Source: Leucoraja ocellata
Taxonomy: Eukaryota
DNA length: 64,000 bases
Assembly: GCA_036785375.1 (NCBI GenBank)
Contig: JAWMAR010001454.1
Location: 62,001 to 126,000 of the forward strand
Direction of reading: 5' to 3'
How positions within the stretch are numbered: the first letter of the stretch is position 1; every line of letters starts with the position of its first letter. The notes under the pieces are model-generated. The model ran no database searches. It saw nothing but the letters and a program-made list of their open reading frames with translations, and was not told the origin of the DNA. Shown piece by piece: positions 9,691 to 22,128 of the stretch. A program made the position numbers and the translations under genes.

Positions 9691-12500
9691 ATTTTACTTC
9701 GGAGTCACGTGAGTGACCACGTGAAGATGGCCGTCCAGGCGCATGCGGGTCATCTCGTCAGACGCATTGCGCTGCCACCGCGGTAGGAGGTGTGGAACCT
9801 CTAAGCGGTGAGTGAAGGAAAACATGGACGTAAGTCTTTTCTACTTCTACTTTCAGGCTGCTTTTCTTCGGAGACTGCGTGCAGAGACACAGGCAAGTCT
9901 TATGTATGGAGAAAGGTGGGAGGAAGAATATTAAGCGCACCGCAGTAAGCACTCAATAAGACCAAGTGTCTGAGAGTAGCGGGCGCCCGACTAAAAAGTC
10001 GATTGTAAAGAAATTACTATTTTACACGGGAGGGGAAAAGTCCCATTGAAACTTCCATAGGGAGCAAGGCCATAAAGAAATAACAGACCTGGAAGACTAT
10101 GTGGAGTCTGAACTATAGAATTTATAAACTGGAATTCCTCATGGGTAAAACAAACTCCAGAAGGAGTATAAAAGACGTGGCTTAAAGAGCAACCGCATGA
10201 GGTTCTGGGAAACGTTGGCCCAGATTTGAGCCAGCGAACGAAATGCCTGATGATAAAGATGAATATATGGGCTGACCTGACACGGAGGCAGCACCAGAAA
10301 TGTCTGAAAGACAATACAGGCCTTGGTCTACAGGAGACACAGAATATGGAGCAGCACCCAAAAGTGGGCTGCCAATATACAGCTCAAATGAAGAGCTTGA
10401 TGTAGCCAAAGAGGGACAAAAAAGCATCGCCCTATATTAGAGCCATCGCATGAAATACCTGATGATGAATATCCAAGTGAAACCCATTATGAGGAGGAAT
10501 ATCCAGAATACTCTGATAATGAACCAGTTGAGGGACAGAACCCAAAGCAAAAAAGAAAAATGTCAGTGCTGGTCCAAAAGTTCTATAGTCCCAGACACAA
10601 GGGACAACCTCTTCCAGAGGAAATAGCAGAGAGTATAAATTACCTGCTTTCCCATCAATCACAAGATGCAACAATGGATGAAGTTATGAACAAATATGAA
10701 ATCCCGCAGACCTGTGCTCTGCTTGGAGTGCCAGCTGTTAACAAAGAAGTGTGGAAGTATATGGGCATTGTAGTAAGAGCTCAAGAAATGAGATTCCAGC
10801 GGGAATTAAGATTGATTGGGTCAAATATTATGGCATTTGTCAAAGATCTGGAAGAAGGAAATGTGACAATGGTACAACAAGATGTAATGGGAATGATGTG
10901 TAATGCACATTTTGAAATAAACTGTATTTGTAAAACTGCGTTAAGACCTAACATACAATCTAAGTTTGCAGGGCTCTGTAAACCATCTAATATACAATTG
11001 CCAAATGTACTCATTGGAGAAGAGCTTGCCAAATAACTAAAGGTTCTCAACGAAGAATCAAAAACCATCGGGATGATGAAACCACCGATGTTTGCAGCAC
11101 AGCTAGAAGGCAATATCCATACCGAAGGGGAACTGGTGATTGAACAAGTCGCTTGGACTCACATACAAGATATGGACATACAACCCCAGGACGTGGAGGT
11201 CATGGTATTTCCACAAGGGGCAATGTACAAAAAGTGACACCAGTAAACTCTGAGGTAGGTGGCTCTGGTTCTGAAAGAAACATATCAGATGTATCATACT
11301 TACAAGTTGGGGGTAGGTTACAATTATTTTTAAAAGAATGGAAACTAATAACATCTGATGCATATATACTGTGCAGAATTATGAGGTTTAGAATTTAATT
11401 TTACCAGAATTAAAATCCACCTACACAACATATTACTAAAAGAATATATTCCTGCTCTAAAGAAGAGATGAGAAGAATTAAAATAGAAATTGAGATTTGG
11501 AGTAAAAAAGGGGTAATAGAGAAAACAACTTATCAAAACCATCACTTTGTGTCTAGTATTTTCTCTAGAACAAAAAAGGATTGGGGGTACTAGAATCATT
11601 TTGGACCTCACAAGTCTTACCTCTTTTGTGCAGTATAAACATTTCAAAATGGAGACTTGTACTAATGCTTTGCAATTAATTTCAACAGAATGCTATATGG
11701 CAAGCATTGATCTCCAAGATGCACATAATTCTGTTGTGGTGCATGTGCAACATCGCAGATATTTGAAATGTGTCTGGATGTCTCAAATGTGGCAGTTTAA
11801 AGCCCCCAGATTGTTTACAACACTGTTGAAGTCCATTTTAGCATTGTTAAGAACTCAAGGCCATTTGATAATGGCTTATTTGGATGACATTTTAATTGTG
11901 GGAGATACTGAAGCCATGACAGAAGCTTCTGTTTTAAAAAGTAAACCTCACATTTCAAAGAATGGGATTTGTCATTCATTCAGAGATATCCAGACTGACA
12001 CCTAACAAAATAATTGATTACTTGGGGTTCACTATTGATTCAGAACACAAGACAGTGAGCTTACTTAAGGGCAAAAAGTTGCAAATGATTAAGGGTTGTA
12101 AGGAGTTAATTGCAGGCAAACAACCATCAATCAGTCAAGTAGCAAATCTAATTCGCAAGTTAATTGCTTCATTTCCAGCTGTTCAGTTTGGACCACTGCA
12201 TTATCAGACAGCTGCAGTGCGCAAAGATATCAGTATTGGGAAGACATGCTGGACGTTACGATAGGCCTATACAACTAACTAACACAGCAATTGAGGATAT
12301 AAAATGGTGGATTAATAATGTGGATTACTCTTACAGGAAAATTCAGAATGAATCACACCCTACCATTTTATAAACAGATGCAAGTGCACTGGAATGGGGA
12401 GCTGCGGATGCCATCTCAAGCTGTGGAGGTAGATGGAATGCAGAGGAAGAACCTTTGCTCGAGACATATGGCATAAATTATCTTTAATTACTAAGTGTAT
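9691..12500 (+). mobile_element. DIRS1-like retrotransposon, degenerate and 3'-truncated (gag, RT, RNase H)
   Basis: Terminus ATTTTACTTCGGAGTCACGTGA; Gag VPAVNKEVW; RT VGGRLQLF..EW, HFKMET, SIDLQDA, AYLDDILI; RNase H TDASALEWGA. No tyrosine recombinase retained. Confidence 0.85.
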
Positions 12501-12843
12501 TGCTTCACAAAGCCCGTCGATTTAAAAGTACTGATGTTCGAGGTGCACAATTTGCGGGTGAATTTGTTGATGTGAATCGGTGTACTGGTTCACGATGCCC
12601 GTCGATTTGTTACGGGTCCAGTCATTGCTACACTGGATAGAATGATCATATCTGTGGGCTATAATAACATGTTTTGTTATAATTAGTCAAGCAGAGTAGA
12701 CAGGGACACAGACCAAACTAGATGTTGCATATCCCATGGACCTTGGGTTGCGTGTGATCATGCAACTACACCAGTATGTCAAGGTCCCTAAGAGCATCAT
12801 AGACTCTGACTAGCAATATTGTTAGTTACATTAAACCTCGTTA

Positions 12844-14923
12844 GAAGGAATCATTACGAGTGTTCAGCAGTACGCCAATCCTCGGGGACTATTCCCGTAG
12901 CTCCAGATGGACTATTCCCGTACAGTTTGGGGCATGCTGCATGGGTGGCAGTGAGCCAGCAAATTCTATTTGGAACCCATCTGTACTGTGCAGTCTGAAC
13001 AAGTCAGATGTTACCCACCACCACTCATGCAAAAAGAAACGTAACCTCCCACCAACATGCGTTAGACCCACAACCCAAATGTTACATAGTGAACCAGACC
13101 CACCTACCTCCGTTTTAGTTGGATTCTGGATTGTTATTTCCTTCCCTGATGTTTGGGGATTTGAGGTGCTGGTATGCGCCAGCTGCGCATCTTGGCTGTC
13201 GGCCGGTTCGGGCCATGTCCTAATAAAGACTTCCTGCCGGTTCTTTCAGTCCTCGAGCTGAAGGTGGTTCCCACAGACAGTCTAGTGCTGGTCGAGGCAT
13301 ACGGGTGCTGGCATTGAAACGATGACCGTCTGTTTGCTGGTGGAGTCCAAAGTAGCCCCACAGCCTTCGACTCGTCGTCCTGATCCTTCACCTGCCTGGA
13401 TAGGTCTTCTCCAAACAGTAAATAGGGCGGCTGCACATTACTGGACTTGTACAACCCTGCAAACTTGGGGTTGAGAACAGGACGAATGGCATTCTTGCAA
13501 AAGCAATTCATTTCAAATTGTGCATTACACAACAATGCCATTGCGTCCCGTTGAGCCTTAGATATGCACAGCTGTCCACCGACCTGGCCACAGCTGTCCA
13601 CCGACCTGGCCACTGCTGTCCACTGACCTGGCCACAGCTGTCCACCGACCTGGCCACTGCTGTCCACCGACCTGGCCACAGCTGTCCACTGACCTGGCCA
13701 CTGCTGTCCACCGACCTGGCCACAGCTCTCCACCGACCTGGCCACTGCTGTCCACCGACCTGGCCACAGCTGTCCACCGACCTGGCCACTGCTGTCCACC
13801 GACCTGGCCACTGCTGTCCACCGACCTGGCCACAGCTGTCCACCGACCTGGCCACTGCTGTCCACCGACCTGGCCACTGCTGTCCACCGACCTGGCCACT
13901 GCTGTCCACCGACCTGGCCACTGCTGTCCACCGACCTGGCCACTGCTGTCCACCGACCTGGCCACTGCTGTCCACCGACCTGGCCACTGCTGTCCACCCC
14001 GATGCCAGCAGGTTCAGGATTCTCTGTAATTTGACCTCTTGGGCCAATGTAGCTCCAGATGGAACTGTTCACCGCCGGTACCTTGAGGGAGGCGCAGTTG
14101 CTGGGCGCATGGTACCTCATGGCTGTCTCCATCATCACCTGCTGTTGAAGCTGGTGGCAAGCAAGGTAATTAATGCTGGCCGCCAGCTCTTCATCCAGCG
14201 GCTCCCCAACCAACGACGACATTGCGAACTTGGAGACCATGGTTGGCACATGCACATCTCGCGGGTCCCTTATCGAACGTTCTCCCCGCATCTCAGTGCA
14301 ATGCGAGTCTGCCCAGGACTGGTGGTCTACACTCCCATCCTTGGATGGGGAGACATAATGCAGCCCTGCACCAGGCGCTGCTGTGGGCCCCCGAGACCCG
14401 CTGTGATATGTCTCCCGACCGAGGAGCATATCATGTTGGAGTATCTTCTCCATAAGATGCTCCACTCGGGAAAGGCGTCCGACAACACTCCCCGTAGGAG
14501 GAGGCGAACCCTCCCGGCCGGACTCATCCGAGTCAACCGGCCTGTTGGACTTGTCCTTCCCGACCCACAGGGTAGCCACAGTGCTCTCCATGGGCACCAA
14601 GCCCAAAGTTGCTGACTGTGCTGTCAGCGACTGCGATGGTGAAACGGAATGCCGCCCGCTGACCGCACTCCCGCGGTCTTCCGAAGCGGTTCTCCTTGCG
14701 AGACTTCACCCTCGCCTTATCCATGATGTTCTTGCTGTAACAAGACAGAAGACAAAACGACCGCAGACTAAGTTCAAGAACTTACCTGGAGGTCTTTTGA
14801 AACTTACCGCTGGTGAAGCGACGCGCTTGCCAGCCAGTCAGAGCACCATGCGTTAGACAGAATGACGCGCATGCGGGCTGACGGGGTCTTCACGTATTCA
14901 TTCACGTGACCCCGAAGTAAAAT
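12844..14923 (-). mobile_element. Second DIRS1-like element (gag and RT start), truncated, copy A only
   Basis: Terminus ATTTTACTTCGGGGTCACGTGA on minus strand; Gag VPAVNSSIW and LLFGEDL; RT start VGGRLRFFLHEW. Confidence 0.85.
13568..13998. repeat. 22-bp minisatellite, ~19.5 copies, inside DIRS gag
   Basis: Unit GCTGTCCACCGACCTGGCCAC(A/T); gives a 22-aa repeat in all three minus-strand frames. Confidence 0.95.
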
Positions 14924-14925
14924 GG

Positions 14926-15730
14926 GGATAAATATGAGGTTATCCACTTTGGTAGCAAAAACAGGAAGGCAGATTATTATCTAAATGTTATCAAGTTGGG
15001 AAAAGGGGAAGTACAACGGGATCTGGGGGTCCTTGTACATCAGTCAATTAAAGTAAGCATGCAGTTACAGCAGGCAGTGAAGAAAGCGAATGGCATGTTG
15101 GCCTTCATAACAAGAGGAGTTGAGTATAGGAGCAAACAGGTCCTTCTGCAGTTGTACAGAGCCCTAGTGAGACCATACCTGGAGTATTGTGTGCAGTTTT
15201 GGTCCCCTAATTTGAGGAAGAACATTCTTGCTATTGAGGGAGTGCAACATAGGTTTACAAGGTTAATTCCCGGGATGGCACTGTGATATACTGAGAGAAT
15301 GGTGCAACTGGGCTTGTACACTCTGGAATTTAGAAGGATGAGCGGGGATCTTATTGAAACCCTGAATAATCTTATCAGATTATTACAGGTTTGGACACGT
15401 GAGAGGCAGGAAACATGTTCCCGATGTTGGGGGAGTCCAGAACCAGGGGCCACAGTTTAAGAATAAGGGGTAAGCCATTTAGAATGGAGATGAGGAAACA
15501 CTTTTTCACACAGAGAGTTGTGAGTCTGTGGAATTCTCTGACTCAGTGGGCAATGGAGGCCGATTATCTGGATGTTTTTAAGAGAGAGCTTGATAGGGCT
15601 CTTAAAGATAGTGGTCGGGTGATTTGGGGAGAAGGCAGGAACTGATTGGGGATGATCAGACATGATCACATTGAACGGCGGTGCTGGCTTCAGGGCCGAA
15701 TGGCCTACTCCTGCACCTATTGTCTATTGT
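14926..15730 (+). mobile_element. Degenerate CR1 3' fragment
   Basis: [30 protein letters not shown]; 3' UTR GGCCTACTCCTGCACCTATTGTCTATTG. Confidence 0.88.
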
Positions 15731-16360
15731 GGCCATTTATTCCACAGATGATGCCTGACCCACCAATTACTCCAGCACTGTTGTTCCTGATATAGTGGTG
15801 GTCAGAGGATCTGGGGTGACGGAGGAACAATGCATTTCGTTGTCTCTGTACTGTACACTGACAATGACAATTAAAATTGAATCTGAATCTGAATCTGAAT
15901 CTGAATCTGAATCTTCAGACTGAGAGATCTGGAAAGATGTGTGAGCAGGACAAAAGCTTTTTTTTTTTTTTTTTTAATTTTATTTTTATTAGAAGTACGG
16001 TAAATTACAATCCTACACAACACATATATCTTAATACATTTTTTGTACCGCTTCATTTTTTTTTGAGCTTTAAGAAAAAGGTAGAAGTAAGGAAAGTAAA
16101 GAAAGTGCAAGAGAGTCGTGCAGTGCAAGAGTGTAGGGAAAAGAAAGCCCCTTAGGAAAGAAGTTAGAGAAGGAAGTAAAGTGAGAAAATAGACCCTAGA
16201 AAAGAAAGAAAGAGAAAATAGAAACAATCGCTCTATTATAACATTGAACTCCGCAGAAAGGGGACTACCAACCAAGTCTGTTTTTGTTATTTTACCTCCC
16301 GTTACCAGGTCCTGATTCCGCTTATTTATATATTTGTTTTTTTTAGATTACTATTGCACC

Positions 16361-19300
16361 TCATACTTGTAATAGGTCCAGAAACATAGACCACGTCTTT
16401 TGGAATTGGTCTGCTTTACCTGCTAGGAGGAATCTCATCTCTTCCAGATGTAATGTTTCAAACATATTTGATATCCACATTTTTATTGTTGGTGTCGGCG
16501 CATTTTTCCAGAATTTAAGTATAAGCTTTTTTCCCATTATTAGCCCGTAATTAAATAAATTCTTCTGAAACACGTTTAATTCAGGGTTACCTTCCGATAT
16601 TCCGAAGATAATCCATTCTGGTTTTGGTACCAGTTTTATTTTGATCAATTTTGAAAAAATATCAAATATTTCATACCAGAATTTTTGGATTTTTGTACAA
16701 AAAACAAAAGAGTGCGCTATGGTAGCTTCTTGACATAGGCATTTATCACAGATTGGTGAAACATTAGGGAAGATTTTATTTAATTTAGTTTTTGAATAGT
16801 ATAATCTATGTAATGTTTTAAATTGGATGAGCGTATGTCGTACGTTGATCGAACATTTATGCACCTGTAGTAAATGATTATCCCAGGTCTCTTTTGAGAT
16901 TTTTATAGCTAATTCTTGTTCCCAATCTTTTCTAATTACATCTGTTGTGGGTATTTCTATGTTTAAAATGATATTATATAGGTACGATATTAAATTAGCT
17001 GATTCCGCCTTGGTCTTCATTGCTTCATCCAATAAGTCGGAAGACATATTATGATAGTCTTTTGTGTGTTTTTTCAGATAATCACAAATTTGAAGATATT
17101 TAAAATATTGGTTATTTTTCAAATTATATTTCAGTTGTAGTTGTTGAAATGACAGTAAATTCCCCAATTCATACAGATCTTCGAGCATTTTAATTCCCAT
17201 TCTTTCCCATTGTATAAATGATTTGTCTATGATTGATGGTTTAAACGATGGATTATTGACTATTGGTATTAAAAGAGATAGGTTTCTTAATTTTAAAGTC
17301 TGTTTTATTTGTTTCCATGTTCTTATTGTGTTATGTATAATTGGATTTTTATTATAATTTTTATTATTCAAATTTGTTGGTGAGAGGATGGTCGCTCCTA
17401 TATTACTCGGGGAGCAGTCCCCTTTTTCCATTACCATCCAGTCCACCTGCTGTGTAGAATTGTCCAGCAGGTGGATCATATTTTTAATATTTACTGCCCA
17501 GTTATAATACATAAAATTAGGGAGCGCTAGACCCCCCAGCTCTTTTCGTTTATTAAGGTGTGCTATTTGTATTCTATGGGATTTATAATCCCATATAAAA
17601 TTTGTAATGTCTGAGTCCAATTTTTTGAAAAACTTTTTTGGGAGGTATATAGGTATTGATTGAAATAGGTATAGAATTTGTGGTAAGAAAACCATTTTAA
17701 TAGCATTTATTCTGCCTATTAAGGACATCGGAAGTGTTTTCCAGAATTTAATCAGATTATTCAATTTCTTGAGTAAGGGATTATAATTGGCTTTAAACAT
17801 ATCCTGGTAATTTCTAGTAATTTCAATTCCCAAATATTTGAATTTTTCTGTAGCTATTTTAAAGGGAAATTTCCGAAGCTGTGTTGAGTCTTTTGGTTTT
17901 ATCGACATAATTTCACTTTTGTTCCAATTTATTCTATATCCTGAAAAGGATCCAAAGTCCTCAATTAAGTTTAGTATGTTTGGTATACTAATTTGTGGTT
18001 TTGTGATGTACAGTAGTACATCATCGGCATATAGGGATATTTTATTCTTTGAGTATTTTGTATTATAACCATAAATATCCGGATGTGTTCTTATTTTTTC
18101 AGCAAGGGGTTCAATTACCAAAGCAAATAACAGCGGTGATAATGAGCATCCTTGTCTATTGCCCCTTGATAGTTCAAATTTCGAGGATAAGATATTATTA
18201 GTTAATATTCTAGCCGTAGGTTTGTTATATAATAGTTTTATCCATGCGATAAAGTTTTCTCCCAATTGGAATTTTTGCAATACTTTAATCATATAATCCC
18301 ATTCTACTTGATCAAATGCTTTTTCTGCGTCCAGTGAAATAATAGATAACTCTTGGTCGTGAGATTCATGTGAGTGCATTATGTTAAGCAAACGTCTCAA
18401 ATTATTGAATGAGTGTCTCTTAGGTATAAATCCTGTTTGATCTCCATTTATTAATCTACTAACGTACCTGCTTAGTCTACTGGCCAGTGTTTTCACTATT
18501 ATTTTTTGATCCGTATTTAACAAAGCAATAGCTCTATATGAGCCTGGTTCTTCTATGTTTTTATCTTTTTTAAGTATTAATGTGATCGTTGATTCTGCTA
18601 ATGTTTCGGGTAAGCTTTGCTCTTTAAAAGCGTGTGTATACATTTTCTGTAATCGTGGGGTAACTATATCATAAAAGGCTTTATAGAATTCACTACTGAA
18701 TCCGTCTGGTCCTGGTGTTTTACCATTCTTTAGTGTTTTTATTGTGTCTTCTATCTCCTTAGAAGTAATTGTTGCTCCCAGTTCCTCTTGTTCCCTCAAT
18801 TCTAATTTTGGAAGGTTACAATCTTCCAGAAATTCTGAAATTTTATTATTATCTATTGACGTTTTAGATGTATATAGATTTTCGTAGAATTGAGCAAATC
18901 TTTTATTGATATCCTTGGGTAGTGTTAATAATTCCCCACTATCTGATTTAATCTTTAGTATTGCATTCTCTTTTTCCCGTTTTTTCAACTGGCGTGCTAA
19001 GAGTTTGTGGGGTTTGTCCCCGAATTCAAAGTGTTCTTGTTTTGTAACTTGGAATAATGTTATAACTTTCTCTGACAATAATTTATTCAGCTTGAATTTC
19101 AATAATAGGATTTTATTATGTTTATCCATAGTTGGATCTTTAGCATTATCTGTATCTATTTGTTTTATTTGTTCTTCTAAATGTCTTTGTTCTTTCTTAT
19201 TCTTTTTATTTTGATAAGCTTGAAATGAAATAATGACTCCTCTAATAAATGCTTTAAAGGATTCCCATAATAGCGTGGGGGATATATCTGGTGTATCATT

Positions 19301-20152
19301 TATCTCAAAGAATAAGTCCATCTGTTTTTTTAGATATATACTCCCTTGTGGGTCTTTTAAAAGTTGCGAATTAAACCTCCAGAACGATTTATTCATAGAC
19401 ATTCCTTCTAATTTTAAAACAAAGGTTAAAGGAGAGTGATCTGAAATCGCATTAATGTGGTATTTAGGATTCATAGTGTGTGTAATTAATTTTGTATCCA
19501 CAAGAAAATAATCTATCCGTGAATATGTTTTATGCACCGTTGAATAGAACGAGTAGTCCCTTCCCGTCGGATTTGCAATCCTCCATACATCTGCTATATT
19601 TGTGTTTTCCATATATGTATGTAAGAGTTCACTGGTTTTAGATTTCATATTACCTTTTTGTTTTTGCATCGATTTATCTAAATAAGGGTCTAAAACACAG
19701 TTGAAGTCTCCTCCAATTATAACATTTTGATAATTAAATTCGGCAATTATATTCAGGATTTTATTAAAAAATTGAGGGTTATCAAAGTTGGGCGCATATA
19801 TATTTACCAGCGTAATTGGCGTATTATTGATCTCTCCTGCTACTATAAGATATCTCCCTTCCTTATCTGAAATAGTATTCTTTGATTTAAATGGAATTCC
19901 TTTACGGATAATAATTGCAGTACCTCTAGATTTAGAAGTGAATGAAGAGTGAAATGTTTGGCCTATCCAGTTAGCCCTCAATCTCGTCTGATCTTGATGT
20001 TTAAGATGCGTTTCCTGTAGGAACGAAATGTCCGTGTTGTATGCTTTCAACTGAGCTAGTATCTTGCCCCTTTTAATAGGTTCATTAATACCCCTTATAT
20101 TCCAACTACATAGTGTGACTCCTCCCATTTTCCTTTGATTGTCGTCATACAT
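16361..20152 (-). CDS. L1 ORF2p (APE endonuclease, reverse transcriptase, C-terminal Cys/His motif)
   Basis: SWNIRG, LQETH, NIYAPN, GDFN, SRIDY, SDH endonuclease motifs; PGPDG, LDAEKAFD, RQGCSLSP, YADD, KYLG RT; CDKC..HSFVFC. First ATG at 20152, alternative at 20128. Confidence 0.95.
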   Translation of the reverse strand: MYDDNQRKMGGVTLCSWNIRGINEPIKRGKILAQLKAYNTDISFLQETHLKHQDQTRLRANWIGQTFHSSFTSKSRGTAIIIRKGIPFKSKNTISDKEGRYLIVAGEINNTPITLVNIYAPNFDNPQFFNKILNIIAEFNYQNVIIGGDFNCVLDPYLDKSMQKQKGNMKSKTSELLHTYMENTNIADVWRIANPTGRDYSFYSTVHKTYSRIDYFLVDTKLITHTMNPKYHINAISDHSPLTFVLKLEGMSMNKSFWRFNSQLLKDPQGSIYLKKQMDLFFEINDTPDISPTLLWESFKAFIRGVIISFQAYQNKKNKKEQRHLEEQIKQIDTDNAKDPTMDKHNKILLLKFKLNKLLSEKVITLFQVTKQEHFEFGDKPHKLLARQLKKREKENAILKIKSDSGELLTLPKDINKRFAQFYENLYTSKTSIDNNKISEFLEDCNLPKLELREQEELGATITSKEIEDTIKTLKNGKTPGPDGFSSEFYKAFYDIVTPRLQKMYTHAFKEQSLPETLAESTITLILKKDKNIEEPGSYRAIALLNTDQKIIVKTLASRLSRYVSRLINGDQTGFIPKRHSFNNLRRLLNIMHSHESHDQELSIISLDAEKAFDQVEWDYMIKVLQKFQLGENFIAWIKLLYNKPTARILTNNILSSKFELSRGNRQGCSLSPLLFALVIEPLAEKIRTHPDIYGYNTKYSKNKISLYADDVLLYITKPQISIPNILNLIEDFGSFSGYRINWNKSEIMSIKPKDSTQLRKFPFKIATEKFKYLGIEITRNYQDMFKANYNPLLKKLNNLIKFWKTLPMSLIGRINAIKMVFLPQILYLFQSIPIYLPKKFFKKLDSDITNFIWDYKSHRIQIAHLNKRKELGGLALPNFMYYNWAVNIKNMIHLLDNSTQQVDWMVMEKGDCSPSNIGATILSPTNLNNKNYNKNPIIHNTIRTWKQIKQTLKLRNLSLLIPIVNNPSFKPSIIDKSFIQWERMGIKMLEDLYELGNLLSFQQLQLKYNLKNNQYFKYLQICDYLKKHTKDYHNMSSDLLDEAMKTKAESANLISYLYNIILNIEIPTTDVIRKDWEQELAIKISKETWDNHLLQVHKCSINVRHTLIQFKTLHRLYYSKTKLNKIFPNVSPICDKCLCQEATIAHSFVFCTKIQKFWYEIFDIFSKLIKIKLVPKPEWIIFGISEGNPELNVFQKNLFNYGLIMGKKLILKFWKNAPTPTIKMWISNMFETLHLEEMRFLLAGKADQFQKTWSMFLDLLQV

Positions 20153-21096
20153 TTTTACCAATTTTAATGACCGTACTTATTATGGTGCATCCATACCTCA
20201 GGACTCTGGTTATTTTGGAAGCATTTATATTATAGACTTTCTTGGTAGTTCCCCTCTGCGATTGTCCTTGAAAAAAAAACACATAAATGTGACATATTGT
20301 GGTAAAAAAAAAAGTATATAAAATAAATGTACGGTGTCTGGATTTCCGACACCGTAGTGAGTGGCCCACTCGTCTGTGGGATATGACATCAATATTCCTT
20401 CCGGCGTAGCTGTTATGAGGTTAGACCCGCTGAATTTATTGCTCATAACCTAGGGGGTAGGTACCGTTTCCAAATCAGTTCTATTTCACCCCATTGCAGT
20501 ATATATATATATATATATGTTTCATTCCGACTTATCAAATCTAATCAATTATTCAGTTACACATATTCCTCTCTCTTTATCTCTTAACTATTTGTAATTG
20601 GTTTTAGTATTGTTAAAAGTGAGCTGTTCGTTGAAAGGGTTAACCAGAGTCAGGCTCCTGGAATTAAGCCAGGTGTCTGAGTTTCTTCCCCTCCCCACTC
20701 GAGCTGCGGAACCTGTGAGATTACAATGTTATCTACGTTATAACACAAATTTATCAATATCAGTTTATGTATTATGTATTAGTATTGTTAGTTATTAATT
20801 ACTAATAATTCTCTATACTTTGTAACAGTCTGTGAAAATATGTAAGCCATGTGATGTTTTTCACTCTCTCTCAGCTTCAGCAGATCTGCATACTTCTGTT
20901 ATCAGTGTTTCCTGGCTTAAACATCGCATGTCCTTGAATTAAATTCGAGAGAAGATTATAATGTCTAGACAAGTCTCGTGGAAAATCTGTTGCGAATAGC
21001 CATTTTTAAATCTTGGTGTTATTCACTTTTTTCATTTTTCTACTAATATTCTTGTTGGGGGAATAAGCACATTAATTAGTTCATGACGTCTGGTGA

Positions 21097-22128
21097 TCAA
21101 TCTTCTTTTGCTGCTGCCTTAGCAACGATTTCTTGAGCGTATTTAAGGGATTCTACCGGGTTAGTGAATGTTTTTGATATTCCCTTGAAAGTGATACGCA
21201 TCCTAGCCGGATAAAACACTCCAGATATGACGCCCTTGACACCGTAGAGAGCTTCTCTGGTCTGTGAGAACTTTCTTCTCTTTAGCACAATCTCATAAGG
21301 GTAGTCCCGTAGAAGTTTAATAGAATCATTTCCATACATCATCTTCTCTCCGTATTTAATTTTTTTCAACAGCGCTTCCACTGTTGGGATATCCCGAAGT
21401 TTGACTATAATCTGTCGTGGGTAGGCTTGTTCTCCTTGAAATCTTGGTTTAAATCTAGGTAGTCGATGTGCTTCTTTAATTACTGGTGCTTCAGGTAAAT
21501 TGAGTACATGTTTGATTAAATTGGCAGTGAACTCACGGGCGTTTTCCCCCTCAGCTCCCTCTTTCACTCCACGTATTCGTATATTTTGACGTCTTGAGCG
21601 AGCTTCTAGTTCAACACATTTATCCGATACTTTTGTAACTTGGTTCTTGAGGCTGTCTAATTCTGACTTCATTGCCTCCATTTCTCCAGCCATCTCTTCC
21701 ACAACAGCTTCCAAATCTTTCACTGCAGTTGCATTTGCGGAAATAGTTTCATGCACAGCCTCAAACATCTTTGTGGACTCTTCTGCCATCTTAGTAATTT
21801 TCCCCGTTAGCTCTTCTTGCACATCATCAACTTTTTTTTGCAGAGCGCCAATGCCCGCGAGTATTTTTTCATTACCAGCATTAATGGATTGTATGTTTTC
21901 CATCAAGTTTAAATTTCCAGCTTTCACATCATTTTTCAAATCTCTTACCGAGTTCCTTAATTCCTCCATTTCAGTTTTCTCTTTTGTGATCAACTCAGTC
22001 TTAGATCGTGTAGCCATTCCAGAATTCACTCCAGAGGTTAGTGTTGCAGTTTCTTGGTGTTCCTTAGTCTTCAGAAGTTGTTTTGTCACTTTCCTCTGTG
22101 GGCTCTGACCTGTAGATGTATTTTTCAT
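21097..22128 (-). CDS. L1 ORF1p (coiled coil, RRM, CTD)
   Basis: Heptad-rich region, then LEARSRRQNIRIRGVKEG, AHRL, PRQIIVKL, DYP, YPARMRI. Start could instead be the later MATRSK. Confidence 0.9.
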   Translation of the reverse strand: MKNTSTGQSPQRKVTKQLLKTKEHQETATLTSGVNSGMATRSKTELITKEKTEMEELRNSVRDLKNDVKAGNLNLMENIQSINAGNEKILAGIGALQKKVDDVQEELTGKITKMAEESTKMFEAVHETISANATAVKDLEAVVEEMAGEMEAMKSELDSLKNQVTKVSDKCVELEARSRRQNIRIRGVKEGAEGENAREFTANLIKHVLNLPEAPVIKEAHRLPRFKPRFQGEQAYPRQIIVKLRDIPTVEALLKKIKYGEKMMYGNDSIKLLRDYPYEIVLKRRKFSQTREALYGVKGVISGVFYPARMRITFKGISKTFTNPVESLKYAQEIVAKAAAKED

